Below, piece by piece: positions 1 through 12,540 of a DNA stretch of 64,000 bases. The notes beneath the pieces are model-generated. The model saw only the letters and a program-made list of their open reading frames with translations. It was not told where the DNA came from and made no database searches. The position numbers and the translations under genes are program-made. The first letter of the stretch is position 1. The number at the start of each line of letters is the position of its first letter. The stretch comes from Convolutriloba macropyga (lineage: Eukaryota): contig NC_134472.1 in assembly GCF_964194025.1 (NCBI RefSeq), positions 868,001 through 932,000 on the forward strand, given 5' to 3'.

Positions 1-99
1 AGGAAATCTCCATCGAAATTCTTCTAAAAATGCAACTGTATTTCTTGAAAAAAAGCACATGCAAAAGTCGGACAAGCGATGACTTACTGTTTGAGTTAC

Positions 100-246
100 A
101 ATACAATTAGATAGTCGAAAATAAACTGTTAAACATTCACATCAGTTAAGGGTTTAATTAGAAGTTTTGAGAATTTACAAACAGTTTCATATTCAAGAGT
201 ATTTTCTACTCAGATAATTTTTCTGTGCGTTGATCAAAAATTGTTG
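100..246 (+). pseudogene. Tc1/mariner-like transposase remnant, 5' part (interrupted by TIR element 247-1884)
   Basis: Degenerate translation gives TVKHSHQLRV (cf. Tc1 TVKHxxxxMVWG) and FYSDNFSVR*SKIV (cf. FQQDNAxxHxS), directly abutting the inserted element. Confidence 0.5.
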
Positions 247-1884
247 CATTACAACGCAGAAGTATACCCAAAATGTCCACCTTAGTAAAAATCGCACACA
301 AAATAAAAAGATAAAATGAACGAAATTGAGAGACACGCTTTGTATCTTATTTTTCGCAAAAGGATTTACGCCATTTTTGCGAAATTAAGTTACTTTTGCG
401 AATTAGTAAAATAGGTGACAAGCCTAGTAGCACGTTTGCGCTCATTTTAGGTATCTATTTTTCGCAATAAATTTATCTCTAATTCGCAATTGAGCCCAAT
501 TAAAAGCGAGCTTTTGGGCATGCAAGGGTAAGTTAGAGCTTTATTAATTGATCATGCAACATTTATTTGAAGCTTTCTAAGTGATTTAAAGATGTGAACT
601 AATGGCGAGACAAAATCTATTTATTTAGAATTTCGGTTTTTGTTTTTTTTAGGGGAAGTCATTTCTTATGTGATATACACCCTTTTCTGCTTCTGAATTT
701 AATTTTTATGAGATTTATTTATAGAGAGAGAAAAAGCGAGAGAGAGAAAGAGAGAGAGAGAGAAAGAGAGAGCAGAAGGGAGAATTTTTCCCGAAAAAAT
801 TATAAGACACCTGTAGACCTGTATATAGACAAAAAAAATAAATAGACCACCATGAACCTGTAAATAGGCGCAAAAATATGTTGATCCAAAAATAAATTGG
901 CCCCTGTAAAGCTGTAAAAAGACGCAAGAAGCGGCCGAGCAATGATGGGATTTTTCAAAAAAAAATAATGCACATCCAAAACAGACGCAGAATTGGAGTA
1001 TTTTCCAGAAAAAAAATGCTAGACACATGTAAACCAGTAAATAGACGCAAAAATATTAATCAAACTCAATTTATCAAATCATTTGCTGAGTTCAAATGCT
1101 AATCTCTCATTAAATCAAATTTAGCAGGAAAAAACAGTAATCAAATCAAATGAAAAATTTAAATCAGAGGGAGTTTGCAGAAGATAATTTATTTGTCAAA
1201 ATTTAATAAATCATCTCAAAATAATGATGCTTGAATACAAACAAAAGCCTGAAAAGGCATGAAGAATTAATGAGCCGACGATCAAGAGTATCAGCTAATG
1301 TTATTTTAATTTGCCATGAAGGAAACAGGTATCTTTTAGAGTTTAATTTATTTGTCAAATTTTGAGAAAAATCCCTCAAAAAGACTTTGGGTGATGCCAA
1401 TTCCATTTCTCGGCCTGCAACTCACATCAAATAAAAATTTCGAGATAATTATAAGCCCTATATGGTATATTTTTTTTACCAGTAAACCAATTTTAATTAC
1501 TTAATTGCTATCAATTAATAAAAGCGCATTAAATTAGGCTGAATTGCAGATTATAGATACATTCAGTGCGAAAATTAGATACATTCAGCGCGAAATAAAG
1601 TTACCTTACAAAAGAAAAACAGATACACAAATCGACCAGATTCGTGATACGTAGCGCGCAAAAAAAAGGATACACAGCTTGTATCTCAAATTCGCGGTTA
1701 AAATTTGGACACTTTTGCGAACACGGGTTGCTCAATTCCTTTTAATTTTGCCTGTTTTTGCAAAAGTATCTTTTTAGCAATATTGTTGCATTGTCAATGT
1801 ATTAACATAGGAAAAACGAACAAGAGATGCGCAGATCGGGCGAATTTGACCGTGACTATTTGGGTATACCTCTGCGGCGTAATG
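247..1884. mobile_element. Non-autonomous TIR DNA transposon, copy 1
   Basis: ~26-bp terminal inverted repeats CATTACAACGCAGAAGTATACCCAAA (247) and TTTGGGTATACCTCTGCGGCGTAATG (ends 1884). Both ~300-bp subterminal regions are homologous to the copy at 24885-25723 in opposite orientation. No transposase inside. Confidence 0.8.
722..779. repeat. (GA)n-rich microsatellite
   Basis: Imperfect GA dinucleotide run, followed by degenerate CCTGTAAATAGACGCAAAAA-like repeats to ~1055. Confidence 0.85.
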
Positions 1885-2060
1885 CGCCAGTTTCTTCAAA
1901 GAGAAAGAACAGGGAAGTACTGAAATGGCCAACAAACAGTTCAAATTTGAATCCCATTGAAAGTTTCTTGGCAAATTTGCAGCAACATTTACGCAGAGTT
2001 CATTACAAAATATCCAAATCGTCTGCTAGATGTTTGAACTCTAAATGTTTTTTTTTGTGA
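1885..2060 (+). pseudogene. Tc1/mariner-like transposase remnant, 3' part
   Basis: EVLKWPTNSSNLNPIESF matches the Tc1 DDE C-terminal motif WPxxSPDLNPIE. Confidence 0.75.
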
Positions 2061-5000
2061 TGTCTGTGGCAATTTTTTAGAATTCTCTAAGTATACGTAG
2101 CTTTTTTGTACCATAGTTTATTACTGAGAAAAGAAGTTAAAATGGAAGGAATAAAAATGTATAATGTATATAGTTCTAACAATAACTTTTTATCATGGGA
2201 AAGCATAGAGCTCTTAGATTGGTTTGTTTTATTCTATCTATTTGTTTCTATTATACTCATTTATCTCATACTTCACTGATCAACTTTTCTGGCAATGACG
2301 TTTTTTTTCGACAAACTTTTAAATCCCACCGACACACTAAATGAACTAAGTCTTAGAAGTTAGTACGAGCTTACTTGTGGCTGTGAAATCTCACCAACTA
2401 ATCATTAATATGAATACTTATTAGCAAGTGCAATCTTTAAATGTATACACTCTTGCTTAAAATTCGTATGTGTTTGTATATTACGGATATAGAGTCTAGC
2501 CAGATTTACGAGTTTGTATAAATCTTACAAGATACTCATTCTCTCAATTGATTGAATTTTCTGGGAACAACGAGAGATCTGATAATTAAATCGAATTTGT
2601 TCACTTTAACGTCAATTCGAAGCTACAATAGCTAATTAAAGTGACCGCCCATTTCCACCCCTTTTTCACCCTATCATTTTTGCATGTAAGAGCACAAGTG
2701 TAGGAGTGAATAAACGGAATAAAAATGGGATGTACAGAAAGGAGGGGCTAATTTGTTGGCTAAGGGGAAGATTTTTAGCCCATTGCTGTAGTATTATTTT
2801 AGATTTGACTAGGAAGCACGACGTATACACCCCACTTATCCCCTCAAATGAAGTCGAAAATCAGAGGTTAAATTGTAGTTGAGGTAGTATGATGAAATTA
2901 TGTCTGAGCTTGGCTGGTAAATTTAATGGCATAGCGGCATTCTATTCAAGTGGTCGTCTCAGCAATGGTACTCAGAATTTTACCCAAGGCTTGTTAATTT
3001 GTTTCAAGTGATTATAATACTCCTGATACGCTTCATTCTTCTATATTCCATTTATATCGATCTCAAGTTACTTTTACAGTGTAGGGTTACGAGTAGTACA
3101 TCGATGAACAATTTATACAAGGTAATGCTTTTTAATTTTTGTAACGCTGTTCAGCATACAATTTTAAGTATGCTCAAATTTTAAGTACACATCCACTCCC
3201 TAATACAACTCATGTATATAAAACTTATTTTTTTGTTATTCTTAAAGTAAAAATACAAAAGATCCAAAAATAATTAATTAAAATTAACATTTTTAGATAT
3301 TTGTATAAAGTTTTTAGAGATTTTATAAACCTTAAATAAAACTTCAACGGATATTGTCAATTTCTTTAAAGTTCAAAATAAACGAAAATCGCCATTTTAA
3401 AAGATTAAAAAAATAATTGAAAAATAAATTATTTATATATTGCTATTCGATTAATTTTATGACACTGAGTCCAAAAAATTAGTTTTAAAAATTTTGCGAG
3501 CATATTAAACTTACCTCGCTGAAACCCGGGAGTTTATTTGATGATAATTGCGTTTTGAAAACGATATTTTCTGAAACCAATGACAACGAACATGGCAGAC
3601 AAAATTTGAATAAATCGAAGCTAAATTCGTTAAATCCTGGATGAAAATTCCATTGGCAGCAGCAATGCGTAAATTGGCGACTAATCCCCCAAATCAAATG
3701 ACTAGATTCGAGTCGGCGACGAGATCAAAGGATTAGAAACAATAACCTTTTTACGCACACTTAGAATACGAAAACTGCCGACGTATATACCAGAGTTCGA
3801 GCACGTCAGCGTTTTTCCCACTCGCTTACTTTCCTGATCTTAATACATATATACTCAGTACGATGTGGTTTTAGTTTTGTAATGATAACTGCTAATTCCA
3901 ATAATTTTGAGAAACTGAATTGAATGATTGAAGACCCCCACCGCGCTGGCACAAGAACCAACTTCAGTTTTCACCTTTGAAGTGTAATATTGAAAATTGA
4001 CCAATTTAGAAAGATTTGAAAAAACGTAAATTTTCATCAATTTAATCCAAGTTTCTCAATTTTTCACTTTTAAATTTTTTGTAACCTAAACTTGAAAAAA
4101 AACAACAGACCGCAGGTATAAGATATTGGGCCACAGATCGATCAGGCAAAGAGAATTTTGAAGACATTAAGCAAAAATGCTCAACTTTTACTTGTGGACG
4201 TTCTCAGAAAAAAACTAAAAACACTCAAAAAAACAACCATAAAAATCCATTTAACACTATTAAGTAATCAGTTGTCCCTAACATTTGTCTGACCATTCAT
4301 ATGAGTTAAAAAGCTTCATGGAAAGTTTATTATCCGAAATCCTTTGCGTAAATCAGCTCTCCCCTCCCTATGGTGGGCAGTCTAAATTTTGGTCCAGCCT
4401 CGTCTCAAAGGACATGAATTAAAAGTCAAACTGCCGAATTAATATAAAACGAATAGACAAAGAGGTCAAACGAACTGAAAAGACTTAATTTTTACTGTTT
4501 TTGTAACACATTTTCTAGGGAACAGAAATGTCAGGAGACTTTGACTCCTTATATTGTCAATTGGGTTTTCAAGTGCCCTGTTTAAATGTTTTAATGGGGT
4601 TTCGCCTAATTTTAGCCCATTCGAGTTTTTACCTAATGTCCCATCGACCGTGAAATGCTTTGACCTGGGCAACAGAAATAGAATTTAGCGCAGCTGCTTA
4701 AAATATAATGACTCGAATAACCATAATAGTTTCAAATTAATGATGACGGATTTTCGAATAAAACTTTACTAAGTCACTTTAAGCAAAAAGGAGGAAATGG
4801 AGTTCTTGTAAAACCTTCAGCTATCAAATTTGTTACTCGAGATATTTCCAGAACCATTTTAGGCCAAAAGAATAGCCTCTTCAATTGTTGAGATAAAACA
4901 CAACTAAGTTTTTGCAAAGAACGACTCATATTGTATTGAAAGCTGATTATGATAGAAAAATTTTTCAATTATGAGTAATCAGTTTTTCATCAGTTTTTCA

Positions 5001-5195
5001 TCAGAACTCAATAACTTCAGATGAGAAAAAATGATACCCGAAATTGAGAAGCGGTGCATATGTGTAGCTGGTTTCCACCGTGGTTTGACACATTTGTTCA
5101 AGTTGGTTCAAAATCTGAGAGATTTATGAAATAAAACTCATATTTCAATTTCCACTTCGTTCTTTAAGTTGTAACATCTGGTCTCTTTCAAGTAG

Positions 5196-5536
5196 GATCC
5201 GAAGAGATGCAAGAAACACTGAACAAACTGCCCATAGTCTTCGTGACTGGTGGTCCCGGAAGTGGGAAGGGTACCCAGTGTGACAAGATAGTGAAGGAAT
5301 TCAACTTCACCCACCTCTCCTCAGGAGACCTGTTGAGGGCAAAGGTCGCCTCTGGATCCCCTGATGGACAGGAGCTGGAGGCTGTCATGAAGGCTGGCAA
5401 ACTCGTCCCACTCGAAAAGGTTCTCGACCTCATCACAGAGGCTATGTCTGACGCTGTAGCTGCTGGACCTTGCAATGGATTTTTGATCGACGGCTACCCG
5501 CGAGAAATTGAACAAGGACTGAAGTTTGAGGAAAAG
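5196..5536 (+). CDS. Adenylate kinase (AK1-like), domain 1, exon A
   Basis: P-loop [25 protein letters not shown] and [14 protein letters not shown] at 5207; a possible phase-1 acceptor (tttcaagtag) ends at 5195. The exon ends at a GC donor, AAG|gcaagt. Confidence 0.93.
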
Positions 5537-5746
5537 GCAAGTACTTGAAGATTTAGTTACTGTTGTCATAGGTCGTTTAGTTATATTCTTTGGTCATTAT
5601 GTCTGCCGATTATAGCTATACCTGAACAACTAATTTAATCAAACCCACATGACTTTCTGACTTAGTACTCTATATAAAGTTTCATGTAAGAAGTTGAAAC
5701 TAGTTTGGGCAAAAAGAAGTTGAAACTAGTTTGGGCACCTTTTTAG

Positions 5747-6002
5747 ATCAAGCCGTGTTCGTTGGTGATAGACTTCGACGTGCCAGATGAGATAATGGTG
5801 GAGAGGTTGATAAAGAGAGGAGAGACAAGTGGGAGACAGGATGACAATGAGGAGACCATCAGGGCCAGACTCACCACATACAGAGAGGCCACTGTGCCCG
5901 TAGCCAAACATTATAATGAACAGGGCAAACTAGTATCTATTGATGCCAACAGATCTGTCGATGAAGTATTCTCAGATGTTATCAAAGCCTTCGCCACTAT
6001 CG
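5747..6002 (+). CDS. Adenylate kinase domain 1, exon B
   Basis: Acceptor ctttttag|, then IKPCSLVIDFDVPDE...RGETSGRQDDNEETIRARL (short LID). Ends at a consensus phase-1 donor ATCG|gtgagt; if unspliced, it stops at 6022. Confidence 0.92.
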
Positions 6003-6264
6003 GTGAGTTCTCTCAAATCTGAGACAAATTTAAGACATTCTATATTTTATATAACTATTTTTCTAACTTTAATATACTGAAATCATATCAGCCGGATTAA
6101 ACCTCTACCTGAATTTTTACTCCGATAAAGACGAAAAAATATTTTGTTGTGAGGGAGTCTTATTGTTTTCTTGCAATTTTAAACATGAGATTTTGCTGTC
6201 TTTCCAAGCAATGAAGATACTGAGGTCCTGGTTCACAGACATTTGACGCATAAAAGACCACACA

Positions 6265-6266
<2 letters not shown>

Positions 6267-6346
<80 letters not shown>
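6267..6346. repeat. (TA)n microsatellite
   Basis: ~40 AT units with one interruption, at the 3' side of the minus-strand LINE. Confidence 0.97.
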
Positions 6347-6348
<2 letters not shown>

Positions 6349-9300
6349 TTTCACCAACGTGCATTTGACAGTTTCTTTTGTGGTGCGGGGTATTACTCTT
6401 CTTAGATGTTTCAATTACTTTAAGGCCATATTGAGGTGACAATTCCCAGTCATGCTTGACGTAAAAATAATCCGAAGGCTTTAATTTTTTTTTGTTTTTG
6501 AACACAATGCCTTTTGAGGATAACTCTGTGAACGAGTCTTATGTATTTTTGTATGAGAACTCGAGAATGCAGAATTTATCGAAGCTGAAATTTAGTTTGG
6601 TTGAGCCATTCGGAAGCTCTATTTATATCAAACTGAATTTCTTCATGTTCTGAAATCTCTACTTTTTTCATATAATCAACATAAAGGAAAGTTTATTAAT
6701 AAGTTGATCAGGTAGGTCATTTATAAACACAGAGAACAAAAACACAGCGAATATTGATCGCTGAGGAACCCCGCTTGAGATTTATGAAAATTTCAAGTAA
6801 CTGTTTGCAATTTTTACTCTCTGCTGTCGATTAATCAGATTTAAAGCTAAAAATTTTTAAAACATTTTATCAAACCCAAAACGAGCGAGTTTTTGAAGAA
6901 CATTATTAGAAATAATCTTAGCAAAAGCTTTAGCAAGGTCCAAGTAAACTGTTATCAGGGATCAATTCTCATCTAAAGCTTGATATAAGTTATCACAATG
7001 TAGTACAAATTGGGTTACTGTTGAATGCTTTTGCCGGAATCCATGTTGTTCAGCTGAAAGCTTCTTTTCGGCTGTCTTCCTAATTTGTTCGCAAACTATT
7101 TTGCACAGAGCATTGGAATTGGTCTGTAATTAGAAATTTCCATTTTGCGACCATTTTTGCAATGAGGACGCACGTATATGTTTTTCCAGACAATGAGAAA
7201 ATTGCAAGCGTTAATAATGAAGCTAATCAAATATAAGATACTGTTTGTGATGTACGGTGCTAAGGTTTTAAGGAAAGATGGTTATATCTGATCGTAACAT
7301 TTGGCGACAGATTTAATCTGTGATATTTCTTGTAGCACGACTTTTGCGTTGAAAGTGATGTCGTCTAGAAAATCTCTGGTTGGGTTGTTTTAGGCACAAC
7401 AATGTCAGAATCATCTTCGATAAAAACTGACGCGAAAAGCTCGTCGAAACATTCCGTAATTTGTTGAGAACCATGTTCAGATTGACCTCTATATTCATTG
7501 TTCTCGTGGAATGTTTATTCTTAGCTAAATTTGCTCAAAAATTTTTATACATCTTTGTTTGTACAAATACGGGAACCCTCGATAAAATTTGGTTTGTCCT
7601 TAAGCAATGGTAAACTCATTTCCACCAGCAAATTTCTAATTTTCTCTGATCTTTTGTTCGCTTTCCTTAGCGTCTTCAACTTGTTTTTTATATGTACACT
7701 ATGGGAAGACATGTAGGATGGTGCCTCAAGCCGGAGTTTTGTTACGTGAGGTATTTATTTTTAGCAAACATTTGAAAACTGATAAAACAATGTAACAGGT
7801 CACTGGACACCTGTTCGACATAGTGGGGGGTTTCAAATTGTGATAAGAATAAAAAGCCAATCTGTCATGTTGGTGTTGAGTTTTTGGAAGAGAAGCACTT
7901 GTTCTTTTCTTGTGAGTTTGACAAAAATTTTCTGCTATGAAAAATTTTAGATCAGAGAAGAATTTTGCTTCATCTGCTAGATTACTTTGCTCCACGTTAT
8001 TGCGTAGAAAAATGTCGGGACAGCAGCTTGAGTTGAGGATTGAGTAAGGGTGCACTACTTCTAATCCCTACTAGTGTATTCCAATCAGAATGTGAAAAGT
8101 TTACATCAGCATTTATATTTATACTTTTTTGAGCAATGGAGTCGAAAAAGGATTCCAATTTAAAAAAACAATACTTTTTCGGTATTAGAAACCCGTTAAT
8201 CAGTATTAAGAACCCGGTATTTGCTAATTTGTGGAGGGTTAAACATGGTGATGAATATTAATAAAAGCTCGTTCAGGAAATGAACAGAACGTGATATATA
8301 TTTTTTTCAATTTATTTTGCTTGCTTGAAACAAAGATTTGTTTTGTGAGCAATAGTAGTACCATCGTCAGTTCCAAATTTTCTTTCTTTTCTTGACTGCA
8401 AAAAACTGCCCAGTTGAAAAAATTTCTGAGTTTCTTACCGTGTCTGTAATTCATGTTTCCGTTAAGCAAAGTATGTCAATATCAACTTCCTTTAGTAATA
8501 TATCGTGATTTATTCTGCAATCAATTGTTAAATTAATCCGGCAGTTCAAAAAACTTAGCCTCAGTACTTGCTTTCTCTCTAGTTGTGTTTTTGAGGTTGT
8601 CTAATGAACTACCTTTTGACATGTTTCTTCTTCTGAGAGAGTTGTGTCTGCACCGGTTTTGAGGAACAGTACTTCTGATCTAATTTTGAGTTCTGATCTG
8701 TTAATGTTCGGTTTTTGAGCAAGTTTAAAACAATAGTCAAGTAGCTTCTTTTCTTTCTCCCAATTTTCTTTGGATAAGAATGCTTCAACAAACACGTTTT
8801 GAGGATTCAATTTTTAATTTGACGTCAAGAGCAGTCGATAGTTCCAGGGATTTGTCAACCTAACCAGAATTTGACGTAATTTTTGTGCTGCGTCGTCCTG
8901 AAAAAAACTTAAATCATGATTTTGTCAATTCCAGAAGACTTAGCAATCTGTCCTGTTTGTTTTTATCGTAGCTGATCAATTCCACAAAAGAAATTGTCCC
9001 CGTATCATCTTTGGTTTTCTCAGCAACTCTAAAAGCGATCAATTAGTTTTGATTTTCCATTTTCTGAGTTTTTTGTTGTCACTTGATGTTTTTGAAGTGA
9101 GCTATTTTCATGTTTCGAAAATTTCACGAATTCATATTCGTGTGAACATTGCTTATTCTATCGCGAAGTTCAGTTTTGAATGAATCTATTTCAGCTTTTA
9201 AATTGTTTTTCATATCTTCAATTCATTTTCAATGTTTGACTGATCTTGGGGAATCATGACTTCAGTTCGACAATATAAACATGCCCCAAAAACATCCATT

Positions 9301-9530
9301 AATGTTTCCGAGTGTTTTAACTTCCTCTGACAGGTGTGTGCAGTTAACATGGAACCATTTGTGACACTTGAAGCTTTTTCTGCTAAACTCAGTACAGTTG
9401 TTTCTACATTTACCGGAAGGAAATTCTTTGCGACACGTTTCTCCTAGTTTAGAGTCTTTTTGTGAGGCCTATTTCCTTTGAAACTGCCCAGTGGCATCTC
9501 ACGGAACTTGGGACAGCTTAAAACAACACT
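6347..9530 (-). mobile_element. Decayed non-LTR retrotransposon (CR1/L2-type LINE) with PHD-finger ORF1 and APE-RT ORF2
   Basis: Minus-strand motifs in the expected order: CHKWFHVNC (PHD, ~9350), LSFLNCR and DIDILCLTET (endonuclease, ~8560-8455), NYRPI (~7125), QHGFR (~7040), VYLDLAKAF (~6935), SGVPQRSIFAVFLFSVFINDLP (~6775-6710) and LYVDYMK (degenerate YADD). Many stops and frameshifts; the 5' boundary is approximate. Confidence 0.9.
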
Positions 9531-10032
9531 TGTTGGGGTGCATCAATGCTTAAGTTTTTGGGGGACTGTTCTTCTTTCTAAAATCAATAAAACAACCAAA
9601 TGAATGGAATGATCTAACCGGATATTTTGAGTCCTTTTTCTTGCTTTAGAGTGTTTTCCACCCCAAATTAACATGCAGGCCACAAAAAAGCGTTCTCGTT
9701 CTGAAATTTATTTTATGATTATTCTTTGATATGTATAATCTTCTCTCAACGCTTTTCTTTAGTAAGGAAAAGCTAGGGTTGCGTGCGAAAACCCCTTAAA
9801 TTGGGAGCGAATTAGCATAAAACTTTTCTGTTAGGCAAAAATTTTGATGTCTGACGAGAATTAAATAAAACTCAAGAAATAGGTTTCTAATGTTACATTG
9901 GCAACATTTAACCACGCAGCGACATAACTTCATGAAGTCTCAGTCGATATCTGTCTGATTTGAACTAAGTCAGGAAGCTGAACGAGAATTAACAATTATT
10001 TAGCATGGCAAAAAACACAAGCAATGAAATAA

Positions 10033-10160
10033 AATTCTCATAGACCATATAGAAATTAGAATAATAGAATTCTCATTGAAATCAAACTGAACTACATGTA
10101 GTTCAGTTTGATTTCAATGAAAATTCTATTATTCTAATTTCTGTATGGTCTATGAGAATT
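10033..10160. repeat. Spacer-less palindrome, 64-bp arms
   Basis: Centre AACTACA|TGTAGTT at 10096/10097; arms are complementary with 2 mismatches. Confidence 0.95.
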
Positions 10161-10941
10161 ATTATAGAAAAATGAGGTTTCACAGCAGATAGAAATCTAC
10201 TTTGCAAATATCTTTAAAAATTAACCATTTAGAACAAGTATTTCTCTATTCACTAGTAAATGGCCAAAAATGATGTATAGTTTTTCAGTCTTCCACAAAT
10301 ATTTTTATCATGCGTACCTATATGATTCCGGCATCACTTCTGTGGGTCGTTACAACAAAATTTATATTTTTGTCTTTTATATGAGAAGAGTTGCAAGGTA
10401 ATAAACAAATAGAAAAAGGTAAATCTATAACGCGAAGTAAGTATAATCTAGAAATAAGTACCACACTTTTCCTACTCCTTGAAGCCGTAAATAGCCTTTC
10501 AGATTCTGCCATATTTCTACGGGAATTGGTTTTTTAAAAAGCAAGATGCATCTTGCTTTTTAAAAAAACCAATTCCCGTAGAAATATGGCAGAATCTGAA
10601 AGGCTATTTACGGCTTCAAGGAGTAGGAAAAGTGTGGTACTTATTTCTAGATTATACTTACTTCGCGTTATAGATTTACCTTTTTCTATTTGTTTATTAC
10701 CTTGCAACTCTTCTCATATAAAAGACAAAAATATAAATTTTGTTGTAACGACCCACAGAAGTGATGCCGGAATCATATAGGTACGCATGATAAAAATATT
10801 TGTGGAAGACTGAAAAACTATACATCATTTTTGGCCATTTACTAGTGAATAGAGAAATACTTGTTCTAAATGGTTAATTTTTAAAGATATTTGCAAAGTA
10901 GATTTCTATCTGCTGTGAAACCTCATTTTTCTATCATAATT
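10157..10941. repeat. Spacer-less palindrome, ~390-bp arms
   Basis: Centre GCAAGATG|CATCTTGC at 10548/10549. Arms are near-identical (one homopolymer indel, one mismatch near the outer end). The mirror ORFs 10318-10512(-) and 10553-10780(+) share the same peptide. Confidence 0.97.
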
Positions 10942-11563
10942 ACACGCTAAATCATTATAGTGAGTCATATATTTTAACAAAAAAAGGTCAATTAAAAGAA
11001 AGCCACTCCCCTAAAAGGGTAGTCAGTCATATAATTGTCAAAAATCTTAAATTTGAACTAAACTAAATTAATGAATGTTTTTTTTCCTGTTTTTCTGAAT
11101 GAAACCTAACGGTTTGGGTAAATTAATTGTAAAAGCACACTGAAAATGCTAGTTTTTAAAGATTGATGTCGAACTTTATAACTTAAAAGATTAAAGCGAT
11201 TCTCGGATTGCCCTTTTACAGTAAAAAAAATCCTGTTAATGCAAAAAGAAGAGTTAATAGACGAAGAATAAGACCATTTTTTCAATATTATAGACATTGT
11301 CATCATGAAATGAGTTGTTCATGTTATCATCAAATTTGAGTTTCCGTCAAAGTCATCTATTGATTAGTTTGTTCCAAAACCTTAAAGGCGAAAATTCTTG
11401 ACTTGAAGGGCATTTTTTGGGTGGGGGGGGGGTCGACCCCGTGTTCACCAATTTTCTTGCCCCTTTTCGTAAACAGCACAGCAATTCAATCCAAAACTAG
11501 TCGATTATTGCCCCCTCACGAAATTATAGCCCCACCCCATTATAGTATGTTCACCGTTGTCAG

Positions 11564-11710
11564 GACATTTTACCCAATACCATTTTACCCAAGGCCATTT
11601 TACCCAATGCCATTTTACCCAATGCTATTTTACACAACCTGCCATTTTACCAAATGCCATTTTACTCAATGTCTTTTTACCCAATGCCATTTTACCAAAC
11701 CTGCCACTTT
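11564..11710. repeat. 15-bp tandem repeat (CCATTTTACCCAATG)n in the MULE left terminus
   Basis: About 9-10 degenerate units; about 3 inverted units at 13545-13586. Confidence 0.9.
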
Positions 11711-12540
11711 ACGGAAGGTCAAATTAGCCTAAGTATCCAATAATTAGTATAATCTAAACAATTAGGTACCCGTCAAAAATTAACACGGTTTTAAGTAACC
11801 AACGGCATCTAATTTAAACATAATGATGCTCTCCTTTAGGTACCAGTCAACAGATAACACGATTTAAGTTATTCGATTGTACTTAATTTAAACGGACGCA
11901 ATACCACATAAACAAAATGTATTAATTAAACCTCTTTGAGGCATCATTCTGAGCAAAAGCTTGATGAAAATTATACGCATAGAATGAGTTCAATGACTTG
12001 GGGTACGTCCCAGAGAGATAAATTGAATTTGATAATTGACGGCACTGCTTTTCACAAAATTTGAAATTAGAAACAAAAACGACAACGAATTGGGGTGTTC
12101 AAAATGGAACTCACACAAATGCAAAATGACTTCCATCACCGCCCACTAGCAATTAATATCCACGAAAAATGAACACAACAACGAAATTATTCCTGGGCTC
12201 ACTGAACAAATTGTGGACGAAATGAAGAAAACAGCTAGAACAGAGCAGAATCCAGTAAACAATATGACTGTTGGCAGTAAACTTCAGCCCATTGCGTCAG
12301 ATAATTGCAAGACAATTGTCCCTGGCGACATGATCGGCAATGAACTGGAGCCTCAATAGGCAAAACATTAAGGAAAATAAAAGAAGAGGCAACCATAATA
12401 GACAGACAATTCGCTGTTCCGGCACAATTTGAAGAATTCTTTCGGTATGAAACCGGTAAATTAGATAACGAGTGTAGAGAAAAAGTGTAGAGAAAAAGTT
12501 TCTGAGGTCCTCAAACTAGAACAATAATCTTTACAATTGA

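Noticed and set aside
699-1028. 109-aa minus-strand ORF
   Set aside because: Runs through the (GA)n and minisatellite repeats of a non-coding TIR element; the LSLSL composition is repeat-derived.
5188-5569. Minus-strand ORFs overlapping AK exon A (likewise 27564-27773, 29859-30113)
   Set aside because: Antisense shadows of real coding exons.
10318-10780. Identical divergent ORF pair MAESERLF...
   Set aside because: A consequence of the palindrome; no protein motif or splice context.
11403-11732. ORF with PFYP/CHFT repeats; repeat array considered as CRISPR-like
   Set aside because: Translation of a 15-bp tandem repeat with no spacers; eukaryotic context and no cas genes.
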